Source of the DNA: Chiloscyllium plagiosum
Lineage: Eukaryota
Direction of reading: 5' to 3'
Assembly: GCF_004010195.1 (NCBI RefSeq)
Contig: NC_057718.1
Span: 12,683,628-12,733,445 of the forward strand
Length of the DNA stretch: 49,818 nt
Shown one piece after another: positions 47,546 through 49,818 of the stretch. Under the pieces are notes generated by a model. The model did not search any database. It was not told the origin of the DNA and saw only the letters and a list, made by a program, of their open reading frames with translations. The position numbers were made by a program, and so were the translations under genes. Each line of letters opens with the position of its first letter. Position 1 is the first letter of the stretch.

Positions 47546-47656
47546 CTAAGGAAAGATTGCAATCCTTCAGTTAGCTTTCTGGGCATGCTGAGTGTACATT
47601 AGGAATAATTCTGTTTTATTTTTGACTGTTATCTTTAACAGGTCAGTCCCACTTAC

Positions 47657-47826
47657 CGTGCAGGTTCCATCGTTCTTACAGGGATTGGCATCACACTCGT
47701 TGATCTCGATTTCACAGTTGGAGCCTGTGTAGCCAGCACGACAAGTACAGGTGTAACTCCCTTGGCCAGTATTGGTACATGTAGCACCATTCTTGCACGG
47801 CTTGTGGTGAGTGCAATAGTTCAAGT
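47657..47826 (-). CDS. dll1: Delta-like 1, exon 7 equivalent (EGF repeats)
   Basis: 170 bp, cctag/[63 protein letters not shown]. Confidence 0.97.
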
Positions 47827-47965
47827 CTAGGACAAGATGAGAAAAACAATATATAGGCTTGGGGAAAAAAATCAGCCAATTGCAAGAACAGTAGAATGAA
47901 GACAAAACTATTAAACAAAATAAATGTCCTTCATTAAAGGAAGGAGGAAGGACAAAGCAACTTAC

Positions 47966-48096
47966 CCTGGTTGCAAAAGAGACCACCCCATCCTTCCTGG
48001 CAGTTACACTGCCAAGGCTGCTGACATGTCCCATGAAGACAGCCTGGATAATGAATACATTCATCACAGTAACGTCCTCTCCATCCCACCCTACAC
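47966..48096 (-). CDS. dll1: Delta-like 1, exon 6 equivalent
   Basis: 131 bp, tgcag/[48 protein letters not shown]; phase consistent with neighbouring exons. Confidence 0.97.
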
Positions 48097-48700
48097 CTGC
48101 AAATTAAAGAGGACAGAAAGTACTTAATACATGCCATTGACTTGTCTGCCAAACTAAAAGGAAATGAAACACATCCAAAAATCCTCCCAAGGGTCAGAAC
48201 CAGCCCCTTTCCCTGCATTTCTACCACTTCCACATCGTGCCTTTACATCGTAATGAGGATAATGGGGCACACAAAGGACTCTGGCATGAAATGCCTTGCA
48301 CCACTTCGAAAACCTAAATTAGATATTTCACACTTTAGTCGACCAGCGTTCAACAAAAAGGCCCAATAGAAATGTCTGGGCCTGTTCAAAGGTTTGATGT
48401 GAGAAGGTCATCCAACTCTCCTTTGTGACTTCATTAGAGAATATCAATTCCCAGAACAACTCAGATGAAAGGAAACTGTTGATTACACAAAAAAGAAAGA
48501 AAAAAAGGAAACTGTTGATTTTTATTCTTGGTAGGGAGGTGTTGTAGGGAGGCTCATTTTCAACCAAAGACGCTTGTAAAAATGGGAAAAGGTAGGCGAG
48601 TGTCCGCTGGGAAATAGGGATGGCAAGAATCTCTTGTGTTCCCTGAACCCAAAGTTTACTTATATCACAGAAAAAGTTTCGACAGACAATGAAATGGACG

Positions 48701-48714
48701 CCAATAGAGGGCGC
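48701..48714 (+). promoter_or_regulatory. Candidate CTCF site in dll1 intron 5
   Basis: CCAATAGAGGGCGC, one mismatch to the core CCASYAGRKGGCRS. Confidence 0.45.
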
Positions 48715-49038
48715 TCCTACTTGCTGTGGAGCAAGAGAGGGAGAACTGCCTGAACTGTTCTACCTCCTCATTTAACTTCGTAATTATAGTAAATTTACTT
48801 CCCAGTAGGGCACTGTAAACTCAAGTTAACAGCCGTGTTTTCCTTTTGCTACATGATCCCCAAAGACTTTGTTTCCCAGGCTTCCACGATGTACCTAACA
48901 GCTAGCAGGAGGTGAGTCCCTTTGAACTCTTCAAGGTACCTTCCATTCCCACGCACCTTCTGATCCAGATCATTTACCGACTCTTTTATGTACTGTTCAC
49001 CACCAGAGGGGCGGGGGACGAAAGTTCTCATTACTTAC

Positions 49039-49099
49039 TTGCATTCCCCAGGTCTGTCGCAGTATCCGTGTTGCTCGTCGCAGCCAGGGAGGCAGATAG
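49039..49099 (-). CDS. dll1: Delta-like 1, exon equivalent to human exon 5 (EGF1)
   Basis: 61 bp between cccag acceptor and GTAAGT donor. Translates xICLPGCDEQHGYCDRPGECK, matching DLL1 EGF1. Missed by the ORF track. Confidence 0.95.
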
Positions 49100-49435
49100 C
49101 TGGGAAGGAGAAAAGCTAAGTTAAATTAATTTACTAAACACCAGACATATCAGATCAACTCAGTCAAAATCTTAAACCAAGACTCTCTATTAGAAGTGAG
49201 GAGAGGTCAATTTTACAACTGCAGGATTGATTTTCTTGAGGAGAGAGAGAGAGAGATGTGTGCCTCGCGACTGTTAAAAATCACTAAGGGTTTTTGCTTA
49301 ATACAAAAAGGGGATGCACAAAGCTTTTGTGGTTTTTTTTGCTTCCCCGCCTTCTTTCTTTTACCCTCTTCTCTTTTCGGTGTTGGTCAAAAGTCCCTTC
49401 TTTTTCCCCCGACTCCACCCCTTCCCATCCAGCTC

Positions 49436-49456
49436 TGTGTGTGTGTGTGTGTGTGT
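49436..49456. repeat. (TG)n microsatellite
   Basis: Seen directly. Confidence 0.9.
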
Positions 49457-49622
49457 AGATAAGAGTAGACAGCTGGTTTGTAGGCTGACTGAAGCAGGAC
49501 AGCTGCTCCATTGTATTGGTGTTTCTCCGCTTCAGAACGCAGCTGTCCCGTGGACCTGGTCCTCTCAACAATATCCAACATCGCCAGACAGCCTCCCGGC
49601 CGCTCACTTCCAACCACACGAG
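49457..49622. promoter_or_regulatory. Candidate dll1 intron 4 enhancer (E-box/N-box cluster)
   Basis: CAGCTG at 49470, 49500 and 49540; SOX-like CATTGT at 49509; N-box CACGAG at 49617. Confidence 0.5.
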
Positions 49623-49657
49623 TCCAAAGAGCGAGTGAAGGCGTTGGGAATTCATTT

Positions 49658-49818
49658 GGGGGGGTGGGGGAGGAGAGATGGAGGGAGAGACGAGGGAAGG
49701 ATGGGTGAGAGGAGAGAGGAAGGGGGGAAGAGAGGAGGAAGGGATAGAGGGAGAGAGGATGGAGGGAGAAAGGAAAGAGAGGAGGAAGGGATGGAAGAAA
49801 CAGAGGAGGAAGGGATGG
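49658..49818. repeat. Polypurine (GA-rich) low-complexity tract in dll1 intron 4
   Basis: Almost only G/A to the window end. Confidence 0.9.

Noticed and set aside
45705..49099. Assignment as dll4 or jagged
   Set aside because: The tail [20 protein letters not shown], the intracellular motifs and the exon sizes (61/131/170/217) fit DLL1; there is no Jagged cysteine-rich domain.

Overview
Vertebrate genomic DNA. The repeat families point to a cartilaginous fish, probably a carpet/bamboo shark (inference). The right end holds the 3' part of dll1 (Delta-like 1) on the minus strand: seven exons with GT-AG junctions (equivalent to human exons 5-11), an ATEV* PDZ-binding tail and a 3'UTR; exons 1-4 lie beyond the window. 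The other ~45 kb is downstream intergenic sequence. It contains a decayed Gypsy LTR element, a head-to-tail array of four Tx1-like LINE copies at one target motif, CR1/L2 fragments, tRNA- and Deu-type SINEs, and several Penelope-like (PLE) families. The most notable signal is a set of minimal type I hammerhead ribozyme motifs (CUGANGA-stem II-GAAA-palindromic stem III) in several PLE-derived families. One is a short, non-coding, self-complementary element with one hammerhead per strand and 10-12 bp target-site duplications. Candidate dll1 regulatory elements include an intron 4 E-box/N-box cluster, an intron 5 CTCF motif and TE-poor downstream islands. Repeat family names come from recognised motifs, not a database search.
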